A stretch of DNA of 63,819 bases, filler included, from Theionarchaea archaeon (GTDB taxonomy: Archaea > Methanobacteriota_B > Thermococci > Methanofastidiosales > SZ-28-30), in the NCBI GenBank assembly GCA_018992565.1. It is 3 parts of 3 records of this genome, joined end to end, with 100 filler letters (N's around TTAATTAATTAA, not from the genome) between each part and the next. Parts side by side here need not be neighbours in the genome. Positions count along the whole stretch, not along the records: positions 1 to 22,077 come from JACVGW010000045.1; 2 more parts are not named here. One strand, given 5' to 3'. The notes beneath the pieces were generated by a model, which saw only the letters and a program-made list of their open reading frames with translations, had not been told where the DNA came from and made no database searches. The position numbers and the translations under genes are program-made. Position 1 is the first letter of the stretch, and each line of letters begins with the position of its first letter. Shown here piece after piece: positions 1-9,157 of this stretch.

Positions 1-318
1 TGTCCTAGACATCCAGTTATACCGATACTCGTTCTAACAGCCTTTCAGTTCTGCTATCTCTTTTCTCAGTTGTCGATTCTCATTTTCCAATTGTCCCATA
101 TCCAATGAGATCCTGTAGTTCTCCTTTTTCAATTCTTCGATTACACTATCCTTAAATCTAGTCTTTTCCCATAATTCCTCTTTTTCCAAGTGTTCTTTCA
201 ATCCATGTACAACATTATCAAATTCACCTTCAGAAGATACTTCTGCGCGGAGGACTGTCTTCTCATGTATTCTCTTGATCCTTGTCCCTGCTTACTAGTG
301 CTACCCATGTCCCACTCA

Positions 319-1407
319 TTACACTTCAAGTCTGTGCAGCACCTTCTTGAATGCCAATGATTCACGCAGATCATCAAAAGCTTTTTCAGTCTGCAACTTG
401 TTGTAGAATTCTCTTTTGTCCTGTACGATCTCAACCGCTGCAGATAACCGTTCAAGAGCCAGATCATATTCCCTCATGATTGCAAAAGCAGAGGCAGCAT
501 AAAAATTGTAGCTACTTGATAGAGGGTTATTTTCCTTTTCACTTAATGCAATCGCTCTCTTGAACCAAAAGACGGCTTCTTCAGGGTTGTGCAATTCAGT
601 CAAGTAATAATACCCAGAAAACAGGTCATTCTGTAACGACTCATATAAAAACCCGAAGTAAAAGTATTCATCACATAAATACTCAAATCCTACTTTTTGA
701 TTTGTCTTAATAGAAGCTACATTCCTGTGGTAGCATTCCCAAATAGTGGTTAATCCTTTCTTGAGAGCTTCTTCAGCCGTTGCACAGGCCACCAATGTGG
801 CAAATCCTCTCCTCCTGTACTGTTCATGAGTCCCCACAGCGAGTTCACACCCAGTAGATGTACAAAATTTCGTGATGCACCCTGAGACAATCTTGTGGGT
901 TGCATCTTCTTCCACATAGTACGCAAACCCATCCTTCAGGAACTGCTCAAAAGATTTCCAGGACGTTAGCTTATCAAAGGCTGAGACACCTGTTGTGGTG
1001 AATACATCATCTGTCTGTACACGGTGTACTGTGAATCCAGGAGGAACAGTCTCTCTCCACCGTGATTGCAGTGTTTCAAATGCAGCAGCATTTAGTACGT
1101 AGTAAGAATCTCTATCTTTGAAAGTGGTTTTACCTTTAAAAATCTCCCGCAATGCTGGCTCCCACGTGCTGCTACAGTACGTCTGGAAAGCATCTAGCCC
1201 TTGGGTAATACTTTCAGGCCTAATCGTATTAACAAAGTAGTCGTGTAACTCTGAATTAAAAGAGGAATTNNNNNNNNNNNNNNNNNNNNNNNNNNNNNNN
1301 NNNNNNNNNNNNNNNNNNNNNNNNNNNNNNNNNNNNNNNNNNNNNNNNNNNNNNNNNNNNNNNNNNNNNTCTGAAGCTCTCCAGAATTCATTGACTTTGT
1401 CTCTCAT
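319..1407 (-). CDS. GNAT-family acetyltransferase with C-terminal TPR-like helices (spans an N gap)
   Basis: Acetyl-CoA motif THEQYRRRGFAT and NVASIKTNQKVGF. Likely ATG at 1407 (MRDKVNEF) lies about 23 nt after a minus-strand TTTATATA box. Continuity across the gap 1270-1369 is unproven. Confidence 0.75.
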   Translation of the reverse strand: MRDKVNEFWRASXXXXXXXXXXXXXXXXXXXXXXXXXXXXXXXXXXNSSFNSELHDYFVNTIRPESITQGLDAFQTYCSSTWEPALREIFKGKTTFKDRDSYYVLNAAAFETLQSRWRETVPPGFTVHRVQTDDVFTTTGVSAFDKLTSWKSFEQFLKDGFAYYVEEDATHKIVSGCITKFCTSTGCELAVGTHEQYRRRGFATLVACATAEEALKKGLTTIWECYHRNVASIKTNQKVGFEYLCDEYFYFGFLYESLQNDLFSGYYYLTELHNPEEAVFWFKRAIALSEKENNPLSSSYNFYAASAFAIMREYDLALERLSAAVEIVQDKREFYNKLQTEKAFDDLRESLAFKKVLHRLEV

Positions 1408-1631
1408 GAAAAAACATAATAGATAGCCATATATAAATACCGGGCAAAATACGTGGGTTGAACCAGGAATTTCCTGACAGATAGAAGAATAGTGAATTGA
1501 ACTTTTCCTCTTTTTTTCTTTCTGAATTATCCACCGTAACCTTGGCTTGGATAAGTAATCTGAAAGGTGGGCTGTCAACGCGGAGGAAAAGAGACTTAAG
1601 TATCGCTATCTCATTGAGGTCAAGAGGAGAT

Positions 1632-2069
1632 ATGATGATATCAAGAAAAGTAGAGAAAATCTGCATAATCTGGCTGATATTTGTGGGACTTGTGGCAACT
1701 GGATGTATTGGCCAGAAGCCTGAGACCCTCATAGAAGGAGAAGAATCTCAAGAATGGTTTACCAGAGCAGGGCCCATGGCAGAAAACATTCTCACCTCCG
1801 TAGAGACTGGCGATTATCAATCGTTCATAAGAGATTTCTCAGAACAGATGGTCAAGGAAATACCAGAAAAGGAGTTTCTGGAAGTGAAAGAGAAATTATA
1901 TTCCCAAGCGGGTGCTTATCAATCCCTCAGTACCTGGAAAACTACAGAGCAAGGAGATTATGTTATCGTGTATTTCACGGCACACTATGAAAAGGAAGAC
2001 GTGACGGTAAAGCTCGTATACAGGAAGGGAGACACAGCCTACAAAATCGAGGGATTGTGGTTTGCCTGA
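1632..2069 (+). CDS. Lipoprotein, DUF3887-like
   Basis: GAGGAG RBS, hydrophobic signal with lipobox-like VATGC, and DUF3887-like C-terminus (KIEGLWF). Confidence 0.7.
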   Translation: MMISRKVEKICIIWLIFVGLVATGCIGQKPETLIEGEESQEWFTRAGPMAENILTSVETGDYQSFIRDFSEQMVKEIPEKEFLEVKEKLYSQAGAYQSLSTWKTTEQGDYVIVYFTAHYEKEDVTVKLVYRKGDTAYKIEGLWFA

Positions 2070-2192
2070 AAGCAGGTTAGCTTTCCCTTTGGCCATATAA
2101 GATACCGATCCATAGTGAGACCAGAAGGAGAGCCTTCAACTGATCAACTAGTGGCCCTAGTCATACTGACCCAACTATTGCCCACGTAACCC

Positions 2193-4724
2193 TCACAAGA
2201 CACAAAACTCCCTCTCCAGCCTGCTGAACTCAATATGAGTCAGCGTATCTTTGAAAAGAGGAACAATCAATATTGAATTGCTGGTCACGATAATGTCTTT
2301 TAAGGCCTGCAAATACTTGAGGAGGGTTTCAAAACTTGTCTGCGTTGCCAGATATTCAGCGCCGTCAAATAATATCACAGATTCCTCAGTTCTCTCCACA
2401 AACCCTCGAAGTATATAGTTCAATTTGGAGAGGTCATTGGGACTCATGGCACTGGGATCTTCTGATTGCGACAGCCAAAAGATGGGAGTCTTGGTCAGTC
2501 CGTGGTTTCTCCTGAGCTTCTGGGGATGTTCCCTGGAGATTATGAATCCAGGCACTCCGTGCGTAACTAACTCAATGAAGATCTCCAGAGACTTCTGGGG
2601 CTTGCTCTCCAGCACAATATACCCTTCAGAATTCTCCACGTTGTGTGTCCTCTTGGTTTTCAGCTGGTTTTCTGCAACAGGTTCAACCAGAATTCTCGTT
2701 CTGTCAATAAANNNNNNNNNNNNNNNNNNNNNNNNNNNNNNNNNNNNNNNNNNNNNNNNNNNNNNNNNNNNNNNNNNNNNNNNNNNNNNNNNNNNNNNNN
2801 NNNNNNNNNNNCCCAGGTTCACCATACTTTCCACAATAGTTCGCATCCCTTTCTCCCAGTTCCTCTCACTCTGAAGGTTCTGTCGCGTGTCCAGGAGTAT
2901 CTCTATTCTCTTTGACCTCTTCTGGATTCTCAATTCCAGCTCCCGATTCAATGATTTCACTTCATCATATAATCGTGAATTCCTGACAGCTGAAGAGATC
3001 ACTTCACTCAAGGGTCTGAGCACCTCGATATCCTTTTGATCATACGCACCTTCCACCGATTTCGAGATATGTAATGCTCCCACGCATTTCTTTTCCACTA
3101 TCAGAGGGACCAGTATCTGGGATACACACACTTCCGTCCCGGGAATCCACTTCCCCCTCTCGTCTGTGCCTGCATTGTCCAGGAGCAAGATACTCTGAGT
3201 TTCAATGGAGTGCCCCACCAGCCCTTCTCCACTTTTCAGAATTGCACCTCTCATAGCTTCTCGAAGTCCCTTAGAAACATATGCTGGGTATATCTCCTTT
3301 CTGTCATCAGAGACCAGGAAGATAATAAAATTGTCAAATCCAATTAAATCTTGAACGGAATCAGATACAAATTTATATATTTCCTGTATATCCATGGAAG
3401 AATTCAGCAGCTTGCTAGCTTCAAAAAGACTTCTGAGCTGCTTCTCAGCTCGCTTGAGTTCCGTAATATCAGTGAGAATTCCTTCAAGATACTTCACCCG
3501 GGAATTCTCGTCCTTGACAAGGCGCCCGCTCTCAAGTACTGTTATTTGATGCCCGTTCCTGCACTTCAGAACGAGCTCAACATTTCTCACAAGTCCCTCT
3601 CTTTCCAGTCTTTCAATATTCTTCTCTCTCTGGTCAGGGTCCACGTACAGATCAGTAGCAATATTCAGGCCCAGAAGCTCTGCTTCAGATTCATATCCGA
3701 GCATTTGTACAAGAGCAGGATTCGCACTGAGAAGTCTTCCATCAGGAGTTGTCTGATATATCCCCTCAAGTACATTTTCAAAAAACTCTCTCAATCTCTT
3801 TTCGGAAGCACGCAGCTCTTCCTCTGCCTTTTTGCGGTCTGTGATGTCTCGAGTTGTGGCAATGAAGCCCACTGGTTCTCCCTTTGGACTCTTGATGACT
3901 GAAGCATTGAGTTCCCCTATGAAGTACGATCCATCTCTTCTCACGCAGGCATACTCTAAGTCTTTCACAGATCCTTCTTTCAAGGCATTCTGAAAGTTCT
4001 CTTTCGCTCTCCGACGATCACTGGATGCAACAAGTTCGAAAACACTTCTTCCCAGCAGATCGTGGATGTTCTCAACTTTATACTGCTCCAAAGTACGAGA
4101 AGAAACGAAGGTAATCTTTCCCTCGAGGTCAGTTGCAGTAATCGCCTCTGGAGAGGTATCAACCAATGTTCTGTATATTTCTTGAATTCCCTTTTGTTCT
4201 TCAAACAAGTTCGCAGTTTCCAGAGCAATTGAGGCATAAAATGCCAGAATCTCAAGAAGTGTCTTGTCCCCTTCAGAGAAGGCATTCACCTTCTTGCTTT
4301 CAGCATCCAGAACACCAAGAGTCTTGTCCATGATCTTCAAAGGTACACAGAGTTCTGACCTCGCATTTTTCAACCCCAGGATATATCTCTTATCTTTTCT
4401 CACGTCTCCTATGTTTAGAGGACTCTGAGTTCTGGCAACATACGCAGTAATTCCTTTCACACCATCAAGGGGGATTACTGTCTCCATCTCAGGTTCCTTG
4501 AGACCTCTGCATTCAAAGAGATAAAGTTCACGTTTCTTCTCATCCACCAGGTACAGGTCAATATTTCCGAAATTGAGGACCTTTTCTGCCGCATCCAGAA
4601 CAGCATGACATATGAGGTCCTTATCCAGTGCCAAGGCAATTTCCTTGGAAAGACTGTGGAGAGCTGAAAGTTTTTCCTCATAACTGATTGTTTCTTCTTT
4701 CTTTTCGTGTTCTTCTTCATGCAT
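2193..4724 (-). CDS. GAF-PAS-PAS-GAF sensor with C-terminal DUF835 (inactive KaiC-like ATPase) domain; spans an N gap
   Basis: GAF motifs (RSELCVPLKI..LGVLDAES, FSEGD), PAS/PAC motifs (RDITDRKKAEE, DITELKRAE) and DUF835-type ISREHP..IFWLS..ILFDGAEYL. Whether both sides of the gap 2712-2811 are one gene is unproven. Confidence 0.8.
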   Translation of the reverse strand: MHEEEHEKKEETISYEEKLSALHSLSKEIALALDKDLICHAVLDAAEKVLNFGNIDLYLVDEKKRELYLFECRGLKEPEMETVIPLDGVKGITAYVARTQSPLNIGDVRKDKRYILGLKNARSELCVPLKIMDKTLGVLDAESKKVNAFSEGDKTLLEILAFYASIALETANLFEEQKGIQEIYRTLVDTSPEAITATDLEGKITFVSSRTLEQYKVENIHDLLGRSVFELVASSDRRRAKENFQNALKEGSVKDLEYACVRRDGSYFIGELNASVIKSPKGEPVGFIATTRDITDRKKAEEELRASEKRLREFFENVLEGIYQTTPDGRLLSANPALVQMLGYESEAELLGLNIATDLYVDPDQREKNIERLEREGLVRNVELVLKCRNGHQITVLESGRLVKDENSRVKYLEGILTDITELKRAEKQLRSLFEASKLLNSSMDIQEIYKFVSDSVQDLIGFDNFIIFLVSDDRKEIYPAYVSKGLREAMRGAILKSGEGLVGHSIETQSILLLDNAGTDERGKWIPGTEVCVSQILVPLIVEKKCVGALHISKSVEGAYDQKDIEVLRPLSEVISSAVRNSRLYDEVKSLNRELELRIQKRSKRIEILLDTRQNLQSERNWEKGMRTIVESMVNLXXXXXXXXXXXXXXXXXXXXXXXXXXXXXXXXXXFIDRTRILVEPVAENQLKTKRTHNVENSEGYIVLESKPQKSLEIFIELVTHGVPGFIISREHPQKLRRNHGLTKTPIFWLSQSEDPSAMSPNDLSKLNYILRGFVERTEESVILFDGAEYLATQTSFETLLKYLQALKDIIVTSNSILIVPLFKDTLTHIEFSRLEREFCVL

Positions 4725-4838
4725 GATATCCCTTCCAATCTGAAGACTGGATTCCTGAGAGAAATACTCTTTTTTCCCAAAGCTTACATACTCGGAGAAT
4801 CATACGTATACGGTATTCTCTATTCCCGGGATCACCTC

Positions 4839-5144
4839 TCAGTGATCCAGTTCCTGACTCACTATAGTGGTTAAGAGAGCCATTTCAACATCCTGTGAGG
4901 CTACAACCCCCAGCTCATATGAGTTGTGAAAGAGAATGAAGAACCTGTCGCTTTCTGCAGTGCTGACACTACAGCCAGCTCCTTGGTTACCATACATACC
5001 TTTGAACAGGCAGTAGACAGTCCTGTCAAGAAATCTCCTGTTCTCATGGCAGTTCAGGTCTACAGTCAGTATCTTTCTATCCCTGGTGAGGAGGACTCCT
5101 CTTATTCCTGGCACATGCTTCCTCAGTGAACTCATTTCGTACAT
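4839..5144 (-). CDS. Small protein, Roadblock/LC7-like
   Basis: VPGIRGVLLTRDRKIL beta-hairpin pattern, about 100 aa, TATA upstream, co-oriented with the sensor gene. Confidence 0.45.
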   Translation of the reverse strand: MYEMSSLRKHVPGIRGVLLTRDRKILTVDLNCHENRRFLDRTVYCLFKGMYGNQGAGCSVSTAESDRFFILFHNSYELGVVASQDVEMALLTTIVSQELDH

Positions 5145-5597
5145 TTCATTTGCATCCCTGCTGCTGCCTTATATATGTATTTGTGCACCTTTCACACGAA
5201 ATCACACACTATCTCACGTTTTTTCAGGAATCGCCAGATCATTTTGGCATGTTTGCACTTGCGCTTCATATCAGTTGCCTATTAATTGAAAAGACTCACT
5301 ATTACAATGCAAACAGGGATGTTATCTATCATTACTGTCCTTTTCATTCAATTTCCCCCTCCCATCTGTACAAAGCCACGCACCAACGCCACTCCAGAAC
5401 CAGGAGACTGCGCAGCACTGGGCGTCCTGAAACGTGACGTTTTTTCGTCCAGAAATTCTAGTTCATTGGATTCTCCACCTCCAAAATGAGATGCAATCTG
5501 AAAAGAGGGATATCATAGGGAGGACGAGTCCATGGTAAGCATCGTGACTGCAAATGGAGACCAACAGATTTATAGCTTTCATCACTTTACAGCACAC

Positions 5598-5870
5598 ATG
5601 ATGTGGATTGTACTCATCCTCGTGATTGTGCTCCTGATAGCAGGTGTCATCACCTTCTGGATAGACCGTAAGAACAAGCAGTCGGAAGAAACAAGAGAAC
5701 GCGGCAAATGGTCTATCGGCATGGGGTTAGGAGGAGCTTTCGGGGCAGTCATTGGAATACTGCTGGTGGAATATGGTGGTTATTCATACCCCCTTCCAGT
5801 TATCTTGTGGATGATGGGAATGGCAGCAGGTCAGGTGGTGGGAATCGTATACAGCAGGTATCGCAGGTGA
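5598..5870 (+). CDS. Small membrane protein (3 TM)
   Basis: Three hydrophobic, Gly-rich segments. TTTATAG box about 25 nt upstream of the ATG. Confidence 0.65.
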   Translation: MMWIVLILVIVLLIAGVITFWIDRKNKQSEETRERGKWSIGMGLGGAFGAVIGILLVEYGGYSYPLPVILWMMGMAAGQVVGIVYSRYRR

Positions 5871-5928
5871 TGGGTTACTGCTCCTCATGGTACAGAGCTT
5901 TGTTCATGAGATGATACTTCCGGGTATA

Positions 5929-6150
5929 TTAGTGCACCTCCTGCATGGGTTCATTCCGTTTTTCTTTGACCGATCTAATGAAGAACCCCACTGCAGCCAG
6001 TGCAAACAGTCCTGAAGCAAGTATATTGAGTCTGATCACTAGAACCTCCCGAGGAAATGAAGCATTGTATAAGAAAGCAGAGTAACCCTGAAGAATGGAG
6101 GCAGCAGCAAACAGGACAGCTGCAACCAGCAATTTTTTTGAGGGTTTCAT
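5929..6150 (-). CDS. Small membrane protein (2 TM)
   Basis: Two hydrophobic helices and a basic tail. Confidence 0.6.
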   Translation of the reverse strand: MKPSKKLLVAAVLFAAASILQGYSAFLYNASFPREVLVIRLNILASGLFALAAVGFFIRSVKEKRNEPMQEVH

Positions 6151-6357
6151 GTATACTCGTAGACTCTGTATGTTAAGAACATTCCTAGAAGAGTGCAGAA
6201 CCTGAGTTCAGTGCAGAAAAGAGGAGGATTATCGTCACCTTACTCTCAATCGGAAGTGTCACGAGGAACCTACTATCCGGCTGGTGACTTCCCAGAGCAA
6301 TACAAGAAGCACCAAGCTATCCTCAGTTTCACGATAGTTCATTTTTTTGAGCAGCAC

Positions 6358-6726
6358 TCAAAAGAGTCCACTCTCCAGCATGATATCATGAGGATCTTGT
6401 TTTTCATATTTCTCAACGCGTATTGGGGTCTTTCTACGGGGTTTTCTTTTCAGATCCTGGTATAGGAAATAATGAAACAACAGCAGAGCGCAATAGGCCA
6501 TGAAAATGAAAATGGCCGCGGGAAAGGATTCAGACTCTAAATAGCCCAGATGAAACAGAAGGAAGACGAGAACCCAGGCCACAACACTCAGAACTGCACC
6601 TGCTGGAAAGCAGGTCACTTCAAGATCTTTCATGAACTCTATGTGATCATCCATTTCTTTGAATAAAGGCTTCAGCCGGGGATAGTCCTTCTTCTTCAAT
6701 GGACGGCTCTGCTCAGTTGAAGGCAT
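6358..6726 (-). CDS. Hypothetical membrane protein (2 TM)
   Basis: GGTGG RBS-like element and two hydrophobic helices. Confidence 0.6.
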   Translation of the reverse strand: MPSTEQSRPLKKKDYPRLKPLFKEMDDHIEFMKDLEVTCFPAGAVLSVVAWVLVFLLFHLGYLESESFPAAIFIFMAYCALLLFHYFLYQDLKRKPRRKTPIRVEKYEKQDPHDIMLESGLF

Positions 6727-7031
6727 GGTACCACCAGATCACTTTTGCAGTCTGTATACTTAACCGTTCTGGGTTGCAGACTGATCCCGCATGCACTGCA
6801 GGTGTAGCAAGAGATCTCTACAGATGTGATCCATGCATCATGGTCCTGATAATAAGCTAGCATATTACACAAAAGTATCCATTTTCACGCTTAAAAACTA
6901 TAAATATACGGAACACAAAGAGGGTCACATCTCTCGATACTACCGGGGAGCATGATACATGCTCAATCCAATCGAGAGACAAGCCCTACCTGAATATAGT
7001 GGAGATTGAGGCAGGACTTGGAGGTGAAAAC

Positions 7032-7511
7032 ATGAATAAGAAGAAAATGGCTGCTTCCCTCTGTGTTATCGGTGCATTCTGCATCGTAGCACTCGCAACG
7101 GTCGGTCCTCTTGCAGCAGGATCCCCTTTGTACATCTTTAGAATGCAGCAGGTCAGCAATCAGAGAAACTTCTTTCCCGGGCACGTGGCAGGATTCACCT
7201 ATAGTACGGAGAGAGGATGTACCATGAATATGGGAGGTGTCACATGCTGCGGAGTGAGTCCTTTTGATATCAAGACTCAGCGTGACACAGAATGTAGTGA
7301 AACATGCTTCAGCACGTGTCCAATAACCTGCGAAACATGTTCTTCTACCTGTGATTACACCTGTCCTTCTACCTGTGACGACGAGACCTGTCCGTCTACG
7401 TGCTCCGAAACCTGTGGCAATACGTGCGAGTACACCTGTGATGATCCCACCTGCGAATCGACCTGTGAACAGACATGCCACTACACATGCGACAAGCCAT
7501 GTCAGCCCTGA
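7032..7511 (+). CDS. Secreted Cys-rich repeat protein with a (CxxT)n tail; candidate radical SAM/RiPP target
   Basis: GGAGGTGA RBS 4 nt before ATG 7032, signal peptide MNKKKMAASLCVIG..., 18 Cys in the C-terminal repeat, T-rich tract after the stop. Confidence 0.85.
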   Translation: MNKKKMAASLCVIGAFCIVALATVGPLAAGSPLYIFRMQQVSNQRNFFPGHVAGFTYSTERGCTMNMGGVTCCGVSPFDIKTQRDTECSETCFSTCPITCETCSSTCDYTCPSTCDDETCPSTCSETCGNTCEYTCDDPTCESTCEQTCHYTCDKPCQP

Positions 7512-7520
7512 ACAAGTATG

Positions 7521-7570
7521 TCTTTTCCTCCCTCTCTTTTCCTTTTCCTTTTTCATTTCACCTTTTTCTG
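7521..7570 (+). terminator. Pyrimidine/T-rich archaeal terminator
   Basis: Repeated TTTTCC and TTTT tracts right after the stop at 7511. Confidence 0.5.
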
Positions 7571-7666
7571 TGAGGTTCCATAGACATGCTCTTTTGTCTC
7601 TTCCTGTGAAGGACCACCCCTGAAAGTCTGAAAAGGGGCAGCGAATCAACAATTCTTGCCATAATG

Positions 7667-7715
7667 TCACAACAAATCACATGAGATCACATCTATTCAC
7701 AAAAAGATTTTTAAA
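7667..7715 (+). promoter_or_regulatory. Four TCACA direct repeats at 10-bp period abutting a BRE/TATA
   Basis: TCACA at 7667, 7677, 7687 and 7697, then AAAAGA-TTTTTAAA (TATA at 7708-7715). Confidence 0.55.
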
Positions 7716-8027
7716 CTGTAAAATTCCTCGTTAAAGTGGTCCGGGATTTCTCGGTAGGGAGGTTTCTCGGCCTAATAGGAAAGAAAACAGCTCGATCAGG
7801 AGGAAGTGCTCCCTCAGGATGACAGAGAAAGGCTGGAGAGAGGGAATTACAGACTCTCCATAGGTAGTTCACCTCAAGACCCTCTCCAGCCTTAGATTTT
7901 TGTGTTGAGAATTGCAGTATTCCTGTCAGTGAAATGAGAACCTCTTGTATTCTCACAGGGGTTGACAACCCATATCATTTTATAGACTTACCCCCATGAA
8001 GGGATGGTTTAGTCATGAGGGAACCCA

Positions 8028-9128
8028 ATGAACAAAAAGGTCGGAATCATTGCAGACAGGCTCAACAGGACTCTAACTGGTGTAGGAACCTATGTGTACC
8101 ACCTGGTAAGAGAACTCTCAAAGACAGAAGATATCTCTCTCATTACCTATGAGGACCCCTCACTGCCCTTTGACGTGCCCACGGTGATCATGAATCCGTT
8201 GGGGCTTTTTTCCAGTAAGTCTCTTTACCTCTGGCACTTCTATGTGAATGGGGCTCTACGCCGTACAACTGAATTTGACATACTCCATTCACCTGAGAAT
8301 GCGGCTCTGGTGGCTCCAGTGAAGTGCAGGAAGGTGGTGACCATTCATGATCTGATCCTGTACCTGTTTCCCCAGTATACGGGCCTCCTTCATAGCATTC
8401 GGTATAGAATGCTTCCCTGGACCATAAAGACTGCAGATCGTATTATTGCTGTGTCCCAGAGCACGAAACAGGATCTTGTAACACGGGTTGGGGTACCCCA
8501 GCACAAAATCACGGTTATCTACCCCGGAGTGGGCCCAGAATTCAGGCCCTGTGATCCTGATATCGTGAAGAAGACAAGAGATAAATATCATCTCAACACA
8601 CCAGTTATCTTGTACACGGGCACACTGGCTCCTCACAAGAATGTTTCAACACTGGTCACATCCTTCAAGAGACTGAAGGAATCCGGGATGCCTCACTCCC
8701 TGGTCCTGACAGGAGTAAAAGGGTGGAGGTACAAGCCGGTGCTCGAGACAATTCAGAGACTGCACCTGGAAAAGGATGTTCTTTTCACAGGATACATTCC
8801 GTATGAAGATATGCCAGGCATGTACAGTGCTGCAGATCTGTATGTCTATCCTTCACTGTATGAGGGGTTCGGGCTCCCTGTGGTTGAAGCCATGGCCTGC
8901 GGATGTCCGGTAGTGGCGTCCAACGTGTCCTCGTTACCTGAAGTGGTGGGAGACGCGGGAGTCCTGGCCGCCCCAACAGTGGACGAGCTGGCTACCAGTA
9001 TGCAGGAGATACTCAGAGACGAGAGTCTGAGAAATGAGTTATCTCGAAAGGGACTGGACCGGGCCTCGAAGTTCACCTGGAAAAAAACAGCTGTTGAAAC
9101 AAGAAAGGTATATGAAGAATTAGTATAG
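8028..9128 (+). CDS. Glycosyltransferase family 4
   Basis: [30 protein letters not shown]. Confidence 0.95.
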   Translation: MNKKVGIIADRLNRTLTGVGTYVYHLVRELSKTEDISLITYEDPSLPFDVPTVIMNPLGLFSSKSLYLWHFYVNGALRRTTEFDILHSPENAALVAPVKCRKVVTIHDLILYLFPQYTGLLHSIRYRMLPWTIKTADRIIAVSQSTKQDLVTRVGVPQHKITVIYPGVGPEFRPCDPDIVKKTRDKYHLNTPVILYTGTLAPHKNVSTLVTSFKRLKESGMPHSLVLTGVKGWRYKPVLETIQRLHLEKDVLFTGYIPYEDMPGMYSAADLYVYPSLYEGFGLPVVEAMACGCPVVASNVSSLPEVVGDAGVLAAPTVDELATSMQEILRDESLRNELSRKGLDRASKFTWKKTAVETRKVYEELV

Positions 9129-9157
9129 AAGAATCGATTGGACTATGAGATGATACT

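Noticed and set aside
7290..7511. Short DNA repeats (ACCTGT/ACCTGC) suggesting a CRISPR or tandem array
   Set aside because: They are Thr-Cys codons of the Cys-rich protein; there is no constant repeat-spacer structure.
6963..7670. 235-aa minus-strand ORF
   Set aside because: Antisense shadow of the repeat-rich plus-strand gene, which has the RBS and signal peptide.
7795..7815. GGAGGAAGTG resembling the RNase P P4 5' strand
   Set aside because: No matching 3' P4 strand or other RNase P conserved regions nearby.
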